The position numbers and the translations under genes were made by a program. Below are positions 38,387 to 52,460 of a stretch of 64,000 nt of DNA, piece after piece. The notes under the pieces are model-generated. The model saw nothing but the letters and a program-made list of their open reading frames with translations, had not been told where the DNA came from and made no database searches. The number at the start of each line of letters is the position of its first letter. The stretch's first letter is position 1. The stretch spans positions 15,128,001 through 15,192,000 of the forward strand of contig OX597840.1 of assembly GCA_951406725.2 (NCBI GenBank), given 5' to 3'. Source of the stretch: Octopus vulgaris. Its lineage: Eukaryota.

Positions 38387-39554
38387 TATTATTATTATTA
38401 TTATTATTATTATGGGTGCCTGGAGTAGAAAAGAATTGTGTGCAACTTTTGTAAGTAACCATGGCTTAAAAAAATCATTGATTTCATCTTGAAAACCTTA
38501 TCTGTGCACATCTTTTTCCTTTCCACATTGTAAAATATTTGTGCACGTGCCCACAAGCGCACATCTTGGAAGAAACTGCTGCCAGTGAGGTTCTTGATAT
38601 TGCAGCTATTTCTTTGTGAATATGGCCTTTATGCATATCTAGACTGAAAGAGGGAGACATTGTTGTTAGGATGTTGTAGTAGTTTTGGTGATTTGTGCCT
38701 GCCTGGTGCTCTTTAATTCTGAATATTCTTTAATATTGGATTCAAATTTTAGCACAAGGCTAGCAATTTTGGGAGGAGGGGATAGGTTGATTTACATCAA
38801 CCCCCCAATATTCAACTGGTACTTATTTCATTGAGCTCAAAAAATGCTAATCAAAGTTGGCCTCTATGGGATTTGAACTGAGAATATCAAGATGGACGAA
38901 ATGCTACGAAGCAGTTCCAAGAATTTTGCCTGGTATGCTAACAATTCTGACACTTTAATACTCTTTTATATTAAGAATTAAAGAGAATCAGAAGGACATG
39001 AGAGGGGCAAACACAGTTTGATGTTGCAGCATCTTTCAAACCCCACCACCACCACCACCACAGTAATTGTCATTACATGGGAAAGAAAAACAAAAAGAAA
39101 AGCTGGCAGAATCATTAGCATGTCAGCCAAAATGCTTAGCAGCATTTATTTCATGTTTATGTTCTGAGTTCAAATTCTACCGAGGTTGACTTTACATTCC
39201 ATCCTTTCAAGGTTTGATAAAATAAGGGCCAGTTGAACGCTAGCACCCCACTCCCTCGAAATTGCTGGCCTTGTGCCAAAATTCAAAATCACTATTTTTG
39301 TTTATTTTGTAAGAGTCCTGAGCTGGCAGAGTTGTTAGCATGTTGAGCAAAATGTTTGCAGCATTTCATGTCTTTACGGCCTGAGTTCAAATCCTGCCAA
39401 GGTCAACTTTGCCTTTCATCCTCTCAGGGCCAATGAAATAAGTACCAGTTGAACACTGGGAGCAATGGAATCAATCAGACCCCTCCCCTGAAATTGCTGG
39501 CCTTGTGCCATCATTTAAAATCACTATCTTCTATTTGCTTGTTTTATGTGGTTG

Positions 39555-39938
39555 GTGTAGCCGCAATGGCCCACTGATTAGGGCAACGGACTCGCCATCA
39601 TAGGATCATGGTTTCAATTCGCAGACAGGGCATTGCAAGTGTTTATTGAGCAAAAACACTTAAAGCTCTATGAGGCTCCAGCAGGGAGCAGTAGCGAACC
39701 CTCCTGTACACTTTCATCACAAATTTCTCTCACTCTTCCTTCCTGTTTCTGTTGTACCTGTATTTCAAAGGGCCAGCCTTGTCACACTCTGTGTCATGCT
39801 GAATCTCCCCAAGAACTACGTTAAGGGTATACATGTCTGTGGAGTGCTCAGCCACTTATATGTTAATTTCAAGAGCCGGTTGTTCCGTTGATCGGATCAA
39901 CTGGAACCCTCATCGTCGTAACCAACAGAGTGCCACGA
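39555..39938 (+). mobile_element. Full-length SINE family C with TSD
   Basis: 11-bp TSD ttatgtggttg (39544-39554, 39939-39949); tRNA-like A/B boxes. Confidence 0.9.
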
Positions 39939-40861
39939 TTATGTGGTTGAAGTATGGCTGTGGTTTGTGTATAACATACAATGAAGTACAGGTCCCTGTT
40001 TTTCCCCTTTTTTTAGTTTATTGTGGTTTGTTGAGGAGAGATTGAGGTCCCATCTCAGTAGTGTGAATGTTGTGCAGGGTTTTGTGCAGAGTAAATGTTA
40101 GGGTTTGTTTGTTGTGTATATCTGAGGTTTTAGAGTAGCTGGGCCATATTTCTGTTTGTTATAAGAGGTGACTGGAAGGGTTAGAGTCAGGAACATCTCT
40201 GGTCATAAAACAGAAAACACACCTCATAAGTCATATCCAACTCGTACTAGCTTGTAAAGAATAAAAAAAAACAAAAAAATGGGCATAAAAATCGATAAAA
40301 ATAATGACATAATTTGTGTGTCATATGCGCGTGTGTTGTGTGTGTGTTGTGTTTGCACATGTTGTGTTTCTTACAAGCCACCAAGGAAAAAGAAGAAAAA
40401 AATGCCATCAAATACTCTCGGCTTTGACACATGTGACTTGGTTGTGTTTAATGTTCTCTGGTGTTACTGATAAGGAGGGAGAGAGAGAGAGAGAGAGTGT
40501 GTGTGTGTGTTGTTTTCTGTCCAGGTGATACTTGAAGTCTGTTTGATGAGCTTTGGGAGATTTCAAGGTTTATTTAAGTGGAGTTGAGGTTAGCTGTGTC
40601 TTGTGGCAGAGCATAAAGAACAGTGAGATAATGTTAATGTGAACAGCAGCAGTAGTAGTAGTAGTTTGTGGTGGTAGTGGTAGTCGTCCTTTCTGTTATA
40701 GGCAGAAGGCCCTAAGTATTTTAAGCAATGAAATGCACAATTTCCTTGGGTCCATGAGGTCATCTGACTTCATGTGAGTGTGTTTGTGCCACGAATGCAA
40801 GCAATTCTTTGTATGTTTTGGAGAGGTGCTTAGAAGTTGTATAGTTCTATAGTTGTATATA

Positions 40862-41260
40862 GGCGCAGGAGTGGCTGGGTGGTAAGAAGCTTGCTTTCCA
40901 ACCACATGGTTCCGGGTTCAGTCCCACTGCATGGCACCTTGGGCAAGTGTCTTCTACTATAGCCTTTGGCTGATGAAAGCCCTGTGAGTGGATTTGATAG
41001 GCAGTAACTGAAAGAAGCCCATTGTATATGTGTGTGTATATGTTTGTGTCTGTGTTTGTCTCTCCACCATCACTTCACAACCAGTGTTGGTGTGTTTATG
41101 TCCCCATAACTTAGTGGTACAGCAAAAGAGAGCAGTAGAATAAGTACTAGGCTTACAAAGAATAAGTCCTGGGATCGATTTCTTTGACTAAAACCCCACT
41201 TTTAAGGCAGTGCTCCAGCATGGCCACAGTCAAATTACTGAAATGAGTAAAAGAATGAAT
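40862..41260 (+). mobile_element. Full-length SINE family A
   Basis: ggcgcaggagtggctgggtgg head through to the tail. Confidence 0.9.
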
Positions 41261-41462
41261 AAATGAAAAGAAAGGAATTTCTATAGTCACATGATGAAGA
41301 AATACATTATTGTTACAAGGGAGGAACTTCTTGTGGAAATGGTCGCCCTTTGTGCTTGGCATCAGTTCACAAACCTGGCAGATTGTCAGCCAAGATCTTG
41401 TGTCATTTTTTGACCCTTCACTGTTCAGATTTCTCTCTCAGTGTAATACTTATTTATTCAAA

Positions 41463-41682
41463 AGGCTGCGAGCTGGCAGAAACGTTAGCACACCAGGCAA
41501 AATACTTAGCGGTATTTTGTCTGTCTTTATTTTCTGAGTTCAAATTCCACTGAGGTTGACTTTGCCTTTCATCCTTTCAGAGTCAATAAATTAAGTACCA
41601 GTAGCATACTGGGGTTGATCTAATCAACTGCGCCCCCCCCTCTCCCAAAATTTTGGGCTTTGTGCCTAGAGTAGAAGAGAAT
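41463..41682 (+). mobile_element. SINE family B
   Basis: Head, Meta-like core and tail present. Confidence 0.85.
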
Positions 41683-41999
41683 ATTAATTCATTCAGTGTA
41701 TTTAAATCACTTTCAGACACCTTCCTTCAGAAGCACCATTCTATCATGGACATCAGCTCCCTTCCTGCCCACCCCCCTCGAACCCCTATACTCAAGTCAA
41801 GATCTTTTACCCTTTAGCATATAAGCTGACCATATCCGGCCCAAATATTCTATTTGTTTTATGCTGAAACTAACCAGATCAGGCCTCTCACGCCTACTCC
41901 ACAATGTCATTCTAAAAATAAACAATCATATCTTCAAAAAAGATTCAAACTACAAGATAAAACAAGGTTAATTTTAAAGAATGTGAATAAATAAGTATT

Positions 42000-42208
42000 C
42001 TTTTCTACTCTAGGCACCAGGCTCAAAATTTTGGGGGAGAGAGCCAGTCAATTAAGTTGACCCCTGTACGCAACTGGTACTTAATTTATCGACCCCTTAA
42101 GGATGAAAGGCAAAGTTGACCTTGGCGGAATTTGAACTCAGAACACAAAGACAGATGAAATACCACTAAGCATTTCGCCCAGCGTGCTAACGTTTCTGCC
42201 AGCCGCCT
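42000..42208 (-). mobile_element. SINE family B inside a second piggyBac-like MITE (~41808-42238)
   Basis: Host ends ccctttagcat / atgcaataggg. Confidence 0.7.
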
Positions 42209-42279
42209 CAGAATGAATTAATATTGAATGCAATAGGGCAGAGAGGATAGTCATGGCTGGAAAGTCAGTTGAATGACGA

Positions 42280-43848
42280 TGCTGTTGTTGTTGTTGTTAT
42301 TGTTGTTGTTGCCAAGCACGTGTTGCAACAGACTTTTTCTTGTTGTCATTGTTGCTCTTTTTCTGTTGCTGCTCATCTAACTGTTGTTGTTGTTGTTGTT
42401 ATGCCTATTGTTTTTGTTGTTCTTGCTGCAGTTCATTTATGTAGCTGCTGCTTTTGTTGTCTTGTTGTTGTTGTTTCTGTCACTGCACATACTGACTGAC
42501 ACTATCACCACCACCACCACCATCACCACTACTACTGCTGCTGCTGTTACTATTACTATTACTACCACTATTGCTGCTGTTGCTGCTGCTGCTACTACGA
42601 CCATTGCTGCTGCTAATGTTGCATCATCGTTTCCACTGCCAAGGTTGATGTTGCAGTTAACAACTGCACTCAACCACCACCACCACCACCACCACTACCA
42701 CTTGTCGGTATTTACTGTAACGAGAACAACAACAACAGTAGCAGCAGCAGCGGCGGCAGCATTAGCAACAGCAACAAATACTACTACCACCACCACCGCT
42801 ACTGCTGCTGCTACTACTACAACAAACACTACTACAACTTTTACTACTATTACTACGATAACAACTACCACCACCACTTCTACTACTACTATTACTGCTG
42901 CTGCTAGAGCTATCACCACCACCACTACTACCATTACTGCTACCACCACTACCATCCCTACCACTACTGCTACTACACTATCACCACCACCACCCTTACA
43001 GCTACTACTACTACTGCAACTACTACTACCCCCCACCACTACTACTACTACTATTGCTGCTGCTACAGGTACCACCACAATCATTACAGCTATTATTACT
43101 ACTACTACCACCACTACTACCACCACTCCTACTACTGCTGCTGATGCTGCTGCTGCTGCTTACACCAACCTGCCACACAAGTTGGATATTCTTCCCCCTA
43201 TTGTCTCATAAACACCATCACTAACCAACACCTCAAACATACACCAATTCCTCCACGACTCCCTCACCCTCTCTCCCTTTCTTTCTCTCCCTCTCTTTCT
43301 CTCTCACCATTTTCGCCTTCCACTCTCTTTCCCCCTCTTCCCCTCCTCCTCCTCTCTCTACTCTCCTTCTATCTCCATCCCTCTCTATCCCCTCCTCCTC
43401 TTCCCTTCTCTCTCCCCATCTCTCTTCTGTCTCTTCCTCTCTTCTTTCCTTTCCCTCTCTCTCCTGTCTCTTCCCCTCCCATCTCTCCTCCCTCAGTTTT
43501 TCTCTCTTTTCTTTCTCCTCTCCCTGCTCCTCCTCTTCTTTCCTGTTCTCCACACCAACAAGGATTTTTACTCACCTTTTGCTCATCGTATCAAACATTG
43601 CAAAAGAGACGGACAGACTGACAGTCAGGCAGATAGAGTGAAAGAAAGACAGAAAGAAAGGTAGGCAGACAGACACCGATAGATAGACAGATGATAGATA
43701 GATAGATAGATAGATAGACAGATGATAGATAGATAGATAGATAGATAGATAAGATAGATAGATAGACAGATGATAGATAGACAGATAGATAGATAGGCTG
43801 AGAGATAGATAGAGAGATAGATAGACAGGCAGGAAGGCAGATAGATTT
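42280..43848. repeat. Compound GTT/ACC/ACT/GCT triplet, CT-rich and GATA microsatellite tract
   Basis: Directly visible. Confidence 0.95.
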
Positions 43849-44833
43849 ATTTTAGAAGCAAATGATGTGCTGAGAGTCTGGGAAGCGGGGATGGCTGATT
43901 TAGAAGGACAGTGTGGGAGAGGTGGGGAGAAAGAGATGTAAAGACAATGAGAGTGGTAAAACTACTGCTACAGGTGAAAAAAAACCCTTCGAACTGGATA
44001 AATAGAGCGTATATGTGTGTATGCACGTGTTTATATGTGTATACACGTGTGTACATGCACGTGTGTATGCATGTACCAATGCATTATGTATTTCACTATA
44101 AGTGTATCTGTTGTACATCTGTAATTGTTAGTGCACCTTGTCTGTATTATTGTGCACCTGTCTGCATAAAGATGCATAGGTGAGCATCACTATGCATGTG
44201 TAAATGTATGTATGTGACTGTGCAGTGTGTGTGTGTGTCTATGTGTGTATGCTTGTGTATGTATTTGTTCATACATTTGTATATCTCTGTGTATATCGTT
44301 GTGCATCTGTCTATACAGTTGCATGTCACTGTGCACCCACATACACATGCATGCATGTGTGCATCTGTGCAACAGTGCTCGTGTATATGACATGCATGTG
44401 TGAATGTGTGTGCGTGTTCGTGTGTTTCTGTATGCGTACATTATTGTGTATGAGGTGTGTGCATGTGTGTATATACGTATGTACACACATATGTATGCGT
44501 AACTATGCATGTGCACCCTCGTGTCTGCATATCTTTGTGTGCACGTGCATATATCTGTCTACATGTTCATGTATATCTATGCATGCATTTGTGCAGCAGT
44601 ATTTGTGTGCATCTGTAAGTATATGTTTGTGTGTCTGTGCACGTGTAAATGTGTGTATATATATGTGTGTGTGTTGTGTATCAGTATATGTATGTGTAGG
44701 GTGTGTGTGTGTAGTCGCAGAGATAATGCTCTAATTGTCAGTCTTCTGTAGCCTCTCACAATAAACATAGCAGTCAATCACAGACATACCTTCATGGCAG
44801 GACTGGCACGGCATGTATGTTGCCATACATGTA

Positions 44834-44869
<36 letters not shown>

Positions 44870-45222
44870 GAGATAGAGGGGAAGGGGAACTGGCAGCATG
44901 TGTATGTTGTTATACATGTACATACATATGTGTGCATGTATGCAAGCATTTTATACATACATGTGTATAGACAGGTAGATAGATAGATAGATAAATAGAT
45001 AAATAGATAGATGGATAGGTAGGTAGATAGGTAGGTAGGTATGTAGGTAGATAGATAGATTGATTGATAGACAGATAGACAGACTGACTGACTGACGGAC
45101 AAACAGACTAACAAATAGATAAACAGACAGAAGACAGATTGACTGATAGATAGACAGATAGATGGATGGATAGATAGATGTGTACACATGCATTAATATC
45201 TATATATGCATCTGTGTATGTT

Positions 45223-45262
<40 letters not shown>

Positions 45263-45542
45263 GCATCAACATTGGGTTTATATGTATATGCACCAATATT
45301 TATGTATGTATATATCTATCTGCAAGTGTGAGTATGTGTGTGTATACCAAAGTCACGAGGTGGTGTTTACAAAATATTTCTACTTTCAAACTTGTTTCTG
45401 CAGCCAATAAGGAAGAAAACTCAAAGTGTTGAGTTGACACCTTTATTCTGAGTTTTATGCTCAGAAGTTCTGAGACAAATTGGTTCACAGGGGAAAAGTC
45501 TTTTGGAATATTTGCCGCTGCAGCCGCCGCCACCACCACCAC

Positions 45543-45823
45543 CTTCTTCTTCTTCTTCTTCTTCTTCTTCTTCTTCTTCTTCTTCTTCTTCTTCTTCTTC
45601 TTCTTCTTCTTCTTCTTCTTCTTCTTCTTCTTCTTCTTCTTCTTCTTCTTCTTCTTCTTCTTCTTCTTCTTCTTCTTCTTCTTCTTCTTCTTCTTCTTCT
45701 TCTTCTTCTTCTTCTTCTTCTTCTTCTTCTTCTTCTTCTTCTTCTTCTTCTTCTTCTCTTCTTCTTCTTCTTCTTCTTCTCTTCTTCTTCTTCTTCTTCT
45801 TCTTCTTCTTCTTCTTCTTCTTC
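45543..45823. repeat. (CTT)n array, ~280 bp
   Basis: Near-perfect, with two phase slips near 45756 and 45780. Confidence 0.98.
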
Positions 45824-45875
45824 ACTTTGCAAAATCTGCTGATTAAACATTGTCATGGCGCCAGCATATATATAT

Positions 45876-46320
45876 CATCATCATCGTCATCATCATCATT
45901 GTTTAACATCCGCTTTCCATGCTGGCATGGGTTGGACGGTTTGACTGAGGACTGGTGAGCCAAAAGGCTGCACCAGGCTCAATCTTGAATTGGGAAAGTT
46001 CCACAGCTGGATTCCCTTCCTAACGCCAACCACTCTGAGAGTGTAGTGGGTGCTTTTACGTGCCACTGGCATGAGAGCCAGTCAGGCGGTTCTGGCAATG
46101 ACCACACTCAAATGGTGTTTTTTACGTGCTACCTGTATGGGAGCTATTCCAGTGGCACTGGCAACAACCACACTCAAATGTTATTTTTCATGTGTCAGTG
46201 GCACATGTGCTGGTTAGGCAGCACTGGCAACAATCATGCTCAAATGGTGCTCTTTACATGCCACCAGCACGGGAGGCCATCCGTGGCCCTGACAACGGTC
46301 ACGCTCAGATGTGCTTTTAA
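45876..46320 (-). mobile_element. Family E retroposon with internal ~66-bp tandem units
   Basis: Unit tttacgtgccac..gcac...ggcactggcaac.accacactcaaatggtg repeated about four times. Confidence 0.75.
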
Positions 46321-46688
46321 CATTCCCTTTCAAGCCATAAAAAAGCAATACTAAAACAGACAGAGAAGAATGGTGCAGGCTCCTGCCTGGCCAGCTCCTG
46401 TCAATCCATCCAACCATAGAAAAGAAGATGTTAAACGATGATGATGATGATATATACCTATGTATGTATGAGTGTGTGTGTGGAGAGAAGAGAGAGAGAG
46501 AGTGAGAGAGAGAAAGAGAGGTAGATAGATTGAAACCAAATATGTTTCCTGTAGTTCATTAATTGTGTATTTCATGGTCTATCCCACGGTTTGGGATCCC
46601 ACATCGTACCACACTTATAGGAGTGGATTGTAAAATGATGTACTGCTAATCCTGAACTTTGAGTATACAGTTCACAACACACACACGG

Positions 46689-46731
<43 letters not shown>

Positions 46732-47301
46732 CATACATACATGCATGCATATATATCGAGAGAGAAGGAGAGCGATTGTTTGAGGCAGGGATCGACTGTA
46801 TAGTGGTCGAGTATTCCTTAGACCTGTACCCTTATAATTCTCAAGTAGAATCAGCATAACAGTGTGTGACAAGACTGTACCTCATGAATTCCAAGTGCAA
46901 TCAACTCGATTTTGTTCACAAGGTATGGGTTGATCCATGCCTATAAAAAGCGACATTTGCCCAAGATGCCATGCAGTAGGATTGAACCTGGACATTGTGA
47001 TTGCAAAGCAAGCTTCTTAACCACTTAGTCATATGCTGTGATGTATTAATTAAAACAGAAAGGATGAGTTGATCACAGCTGGAACCTTTGTACCACTGAA
47101 TTTGGACAACCTTGGGCTAAACAACAACATGAATGTTCTTTACATGGTTTATTTGACATGCTAGAAATAGCACACTAATCCCTCTCTAGTTACAGTCAAA
47201 TGTTTTAAAAAATAAAGAACAAAAAAACATCAGATGATATGGTTCTGGATGCACTGTTTGTTGGAAAGGGACAGAATGATCACAGCTGGAACACTCTCAA
47301 T

Positions 47302-47490
47302 CAGGAGTCTCCAAAGTGGTTGATATCAACCCCTGGGAGTCGATGGGACAAGTCAAGGGGTCAATAAATGCATATCTCCTTAATTATCATTATTATTTAT
47401 CTATTTTTTTGTACATGCCCGGGCGTCAATGAGGGGTCAACGATTCTATGAAGATGCGCTAAAAGATGGTCTAAAACTTTTGAGGACCTT
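47302..47490. mobile_element. Probable hAT-type MITE
   Basis: Ends caggagtctccaaagt / acttttgaggaccttg (imperfect TIRs). Confidence 0.45.
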
Positions 47491-47722
47491 GCCCTAGATC
47501 ATATCTATACTCAGTCACTGCTGACCAATAGCTAAACAACAGCAATAGCCACAACAGTACCTAACTCAGTGATTCCCAAACTAAGAAATACACGACCCCT
47601 TCACCAAAGTTAGTGTAATTCCATATCCAGTCAATAGAACTTGCTTCAAACAATTAACCTTTCTTTGGCCTAACATTGGACAAATTCCCAAAGTATATAA
47701 TTATATTAATTTCATTAAACAT

Positions 47723-48350
47723 AGGCGTAGGTGTGGCTGTGTGGGTAGGAAGCTTGTCTTCAAGCTATGTGATCTTGGGTTCAGCTCCACTCTGTGGCAC
47801 CTTGAGCATGTGTGTATTACAATAGCCCTGGGTTAACCCTTAGCCTTGTGAGTAGATTTGGTAGACAGAAACTGAAAGAAATTAAGGCGGCAAGCTGGCA
47901 GAATGTTAGCATGCCGGGCGAAATGCCTAGCGGTATTTCATCTGCCGCTACATTCTGAGTTCAAATTCTGCCGAGGTTGACTTTGCCTTTCATCCTTCCG
48001 GGGTCGATAAATTAAGTACCAGTTACACACTGGGGTCAATGTAATCAACTTAATCCCTTCGTCTGTCCTTGTTTTATCCCTCTATGTTTAGCCCCTTGTG
48101 GGCAATAAAGAAATAAGAAACTGAAAGAAACTTGTTGTACATGTGTGTGTGTGTGTTTGTCCTCCACCTCCACCTGACAACTAGTGTTGGTGTTTCTTTC
48201 CCACTCACTTAGTGGTTTGGCAAAAGAGACTGATGGAATAAGTACCAGGCTTTTAAAGAACCAAATAAGTCCTGGAGTGGATTCATTTGACTAAAAATTC
48301 TTCAAGGCAGTACCCCAGCATGGCCTCAGTCTAAAGACTGAAACAAATAG
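47723..48350 (+). mobile_element. SINE family A interrupted by family B (~47883-48115)
   Basis: agaaactgaaagaaa duplicated around the insert. Confidence 0.88.
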
Positions 48351-48859
48351 ATGTGTGTGTTGTGTGTATGTGTGCATGCATGTGTGTGTGTGTGCCTTGA
48401 CATCTTTGATTGGTTGCAGATGGGCAACATCATCTTTAAAGCAAGTTCATTTGTTTTCTGTTTCCTGTGAAAGCCATGTCTAGCTACGGGAAAATAATCC
48501 CTTGCCCTGGAAATGGGTGAGGGTCAGTGACAGCATGGGCACCCAGCTGTAAAAAAAATCTACCTCTACAAATTCCACGTGATGCATGCAAGTATGGAAG
48601 ACTGAACCTCAAATGAGAACTACAATATGTCCGGTCTCTTTTTTAGTACCAAGTTCAGTGAGGGACAAGTTTGCAGGAGAAACAGGTGTCGGCGATATAG
48701 AGATTGTTGTAGTGGCACAGGAGCAGCAGGCGATTGCCTTTGCCATTGGTGAATGGGTCGCTGAAGGTTGTGTCAATGGGTCGAATCTGAAGGGAGTCTG
48801 TCAAAGGAAGCCTGATGGAAGAGGCTGTGGTAACATTGACATCCATCAGAGTGATCATG

Positions 48860-49025
48860 ATATCATGGCAAGGGATTAAGCAAGATTTCCAGAGGCTTGA
48901 CATCATCTTGGAGGATGCATAGGGGCTGGCATGGGGCTGCTGGTGTTGGAGAGCACTAGTGGACTTGGTTGACTCTACGCATGACAATATCTCTGGGACC
49001 ACTAACCAGGGATGACCCTAGCCCC
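48860..49025 (+). pseudogene. RTE-like LINE ORF C-terminal relic
   Basis: WQGIKQDFQRLDIILEDA*GLAW.C.CWRALVDLVDSTH resembles the W...I..D...A.DR..WR..V terminus. Confidence 0.55.
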
Positions 49026-50779
49026 TATCAAACCTGAGCACAAAGCAAGTAAACATGCAAATTTTCCAGTCCTCACAGACCTCCCCAACACTTCTGTTTC
49101 TCCCCTTCATTAAATTAGCCATTATTCCTTGACTGTAGCCATCATCAACACTAGTTAAATCACCATGGTAACATGAGATGTCACATCAGCAGAATCCTGT
49201 GAGTCATCTCAATAGATCCATATATTTCATGTCAAGGCTCCTCCCTTCCACTGTTAAACTACACCAGTTTATCTCAATTCCTGGTTTCCTCTAACTGGGT
49301 CTGTCTTTATGTCCCAGGAATTCACTCATTTAACTTGTTGTTTGGTTTCTATTCCCACCCACTTGCTTCGTGTATATTGAACTAGGCCGTTTTCTGGACA
49401 ACATTGAGGATCATCTGCTGTGTGTGTGCATGCGTGTGTTTGTGTGTATTAGTGTGTGAGATTATAGGTTTGCTCACTCATAGTTGACATGAGATTAACA
49501 AAAGCAACAACCATAGAAAACATACCTACATTTATATATGTAGGTCAACTTTGCCTTACAGCATTGCAAGGTTGATGGAATAAGTACCAGTTTAGTACAG
49601 GGGTCAATGTAATTGATTTACCCCCCCCCGTCCCGTAATTGCTGGCCTTGTGCAAAAATTTAAAATCAATATATTGTCTGGATAGGAAACAAAGTTCCTC
49701 CCACATTAAGACAAATAATAATTATATTCGTTTAAAAAATTTAATGATTTCCAATCTATTATTTAAAAAAATTGTAATATAATTAGTCTATGGAGTCCTG
49801 TGGACAATTCAATAAATGGTAAATGTATTGGTATTAAACTGGTAAAGTATCTGCTGCTGTCTTTCATGTTTAATGTGTATATTAACACATGGTGTTATTA
49901 ATACCAGTTTGGTGTCATGGGTGTAGATTTAGAATACATAAAATACACTTGCTGTAAAAGCAGAAAACATGTTGCCTTTATTGCAGAGCCAGGAATGTGT
50001 GTGTGGTGTATGTGCATTGTGTGTGTGTATCTGGAGTGTTTGTGTGCATGTGTGTGTCTGGTGTATATGTGTGTTGTGTGTCAGGTGTGTGTATTGTGCA
50101 TTTGGTGTGTGTGTGTTTTTGTTGTATTTGTGTTTGTATGTGTGTTATATGTTTGTATGTACTGTGTGTGTGTGTGTGTGTGTGTGTGAGTGTGTGTGTG
50201 TGTCTGGTGTATGTACTCTGTGTTTGTGTGTATGTGTGTATTCACCTCAAATGACTGAGTTGGTTTTAAGAGACATTAATTGCATGTGAGTATATAAATT
50301 GGTCATAAAATAATATAATATAATATATAGCATTTATTAAATATATTATTATATAAAAATATAATAATGTCTGAAATTTCACGAAAATTTTTGAAATTAA
50401 TTTCTAACACAGTCACAAAGCCAGAAGTTTAGGAGAGTGGGGAAGAAGCTGAAAGCAGTGAGGAAACAGTAGTGAAGCAGCAGGGAAACAGTGGAGAAGT
50501 AGCAGGAAAGCAGTGGGAAGGCAGTAGATTGAATTAATCTAAGTAATTGATTGGTATTTTATTTTATCAACCCCAGATAGAACAAAGGTAAAGTTGACCT
50601 GGGTAAGGTTTGAACTCAGGGCACAAACAGTTAAAACTAACTACAGCTAGGGGATGAATGGTCTTCAGTTTTTTTTGTATGTATCATTTTTGTTTTAATT
50701 TAAATGAATGTGTGTATACATACATACATACATACACACATACATACACATACACTCACACATACATACATACATATAT

Positions 50780-50912
50780 AGTGAATCGAAACAAAGAAGA
50801 AAGAAACAAGAAAAAAACAATAACGTGAGGACGTGGTACAAGTGCTGTATTATGAGATGCTCAGGAAAGGAAGGAAAGAGGATTTAATGTTTTGAGCCTT
50901 GCTCTTCTTCAG
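50780..50912 (-). mobile_element. Penelope-like terminal fragment with degenerate hammerhead
   Basis: Minus strand CTGAAGA-A-GAGC-aag-GCTC-AAAAC-ATT, followed by cctgagcatc...ccacgtcctc as at 22036-22168. Confidence 0.7.
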
Positions 50913-51240
50913 TGGTTAGAGCGTCGAGCTTACGATCGTGAGGTTGTGAGCTCGAATCCCGGACCGGGCTGCGTGTTGTGTTCTCGTGCAAGGCACTTTA
51001 TTTCACGTTGCTCCAGTTCACTCAGCTGTAGAAATGAGTTGCGACGTCACTGGTGCCAAGCTGTATCAACCTTTGTCTTTCCCTTGGATAACACTGGTGG
51101 CGTGGAGAGGGGAGGCTGGTATGCATGGACGACTGTTGGCCTTCCATAAAAACAACCTTGCCCAGACTTGTGTCTAGGAGGGTAACTTTCTAGGTGCAAT
51201 CCCATGGTCATTCATGACCGAAGGGGGTCTTTACCCTTTA
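50911..51240 (+). mobile_element. tRNA-derived SINE family D
   Basis: agtggttagagcg...cttacga...gagctcgaatccc head, gcaaggcacttt CORE-like block, ctttacccttta tail. Confidence 0.8.
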
Positions 51241-51301
51241 TATATATATATTATATATATATATCATAGACAGAGAGAGAGAGAGATTTATATATACAGT
51301 G

Positions 51302-51336
<35 letters not shown>

Positions 51337-51352
51337 CATGTTATGTATATAT

Positions 51353-51758
51353 TCTTTTATTCTTTAACTTCTTTCAGTCATTTGACTGCGACCATACTGG
51401 AGCACCACCTTTGGTCGAACAAATCGACACCAGGACTTATTCTTTGTAAGCCTAGTACTTATCCTATCAGTCTGTTTTGCCGAACAGCTATGTTACGGAG
51501 ACACAAACACATCAACATTGGTTGTCAAGCGATGGTGTTGGGACAAACACAGACATGCAAACATACACACACACGCATACACACACACACATATATACAC
51601 AACGGGCTTCTTTCAGTTTCCGTCTACTGAATCCACTCACAAGGCCTTGGTCAGCCTGAGGCTGTAGTACATTTACCCAAGATGCCATGCAGTGGTAATG
51701 AACCTGGAACCATGTAGTTGGTAAGCAAGCTACTTACCACATACCCACTCCTATGCCT
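51353..51758 (-). mobile_element. SINE family A
   Basis: Matches the consensus on the minus strand. Confidence 0.88.
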
Positions 51759-52139
51759 ATACATCTGTATATGTATTGTATACAGATATATATGAATGTA
51801 ACATTCGAGTGTAGTCATTGCCAGTGCCGCTGGACTGGCTCCTGTGCAGGCGGCACATAAAAACACCATTTGAGTGTGGCTAGTGCCAGTACCGCCTGAT
51901 TGCACCCACTAAACTCTCAGAGTATTTGGCATCAGGAAGGGCATCCAGCTGTAGAATCTCTGCCAGATCAAGATTGGAGCCTGGTGCAGCCATCTGGCTC
52001 GCCACTCCTCAGTCAAATCATCCAACTCATGCCAGCATGGAAAGCGGACGTTAAATGATGATGATGATATGTGTATACATACATATATATATATATATAT
52101 AATATATATATTTACATACATACATGCCTACATCTATAC

Positions 52140-52180
<41 letters not shown>

Positions 52181-52420
52181 TGTATGTAGGTACATACATC
52201 ACAATATATCTATGTATTGGCCTATATTATTAAATTCATAATCTTCAATGAACTCCTCCATAAACTTCATCTATTTTCATGAACTTTTATTAACATCTCT
52301 TGTTGTTCCTTAACTCTGTTCATCTCATTGCTTTCTTAACATCATTCAATATTGTTTTCTCTCCTTTATTACTCCTTCATATAAACACCATTTATAAACA
52401 CAAACACACACAGAAATATA

Positions 52421-52460
<40 letters not shown>

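Noticed and set aside
42384-43211. 275-aa Thr/Ala-rich mucin-like ORF
   Set aside because: Compound triplet microsatellite, open on both strands, with no complex sequence or splice evidence.
45421-45958. Poly-E/K/R/F/L/S ORFs
   Set aside because: Readings of the (CTT)n array.
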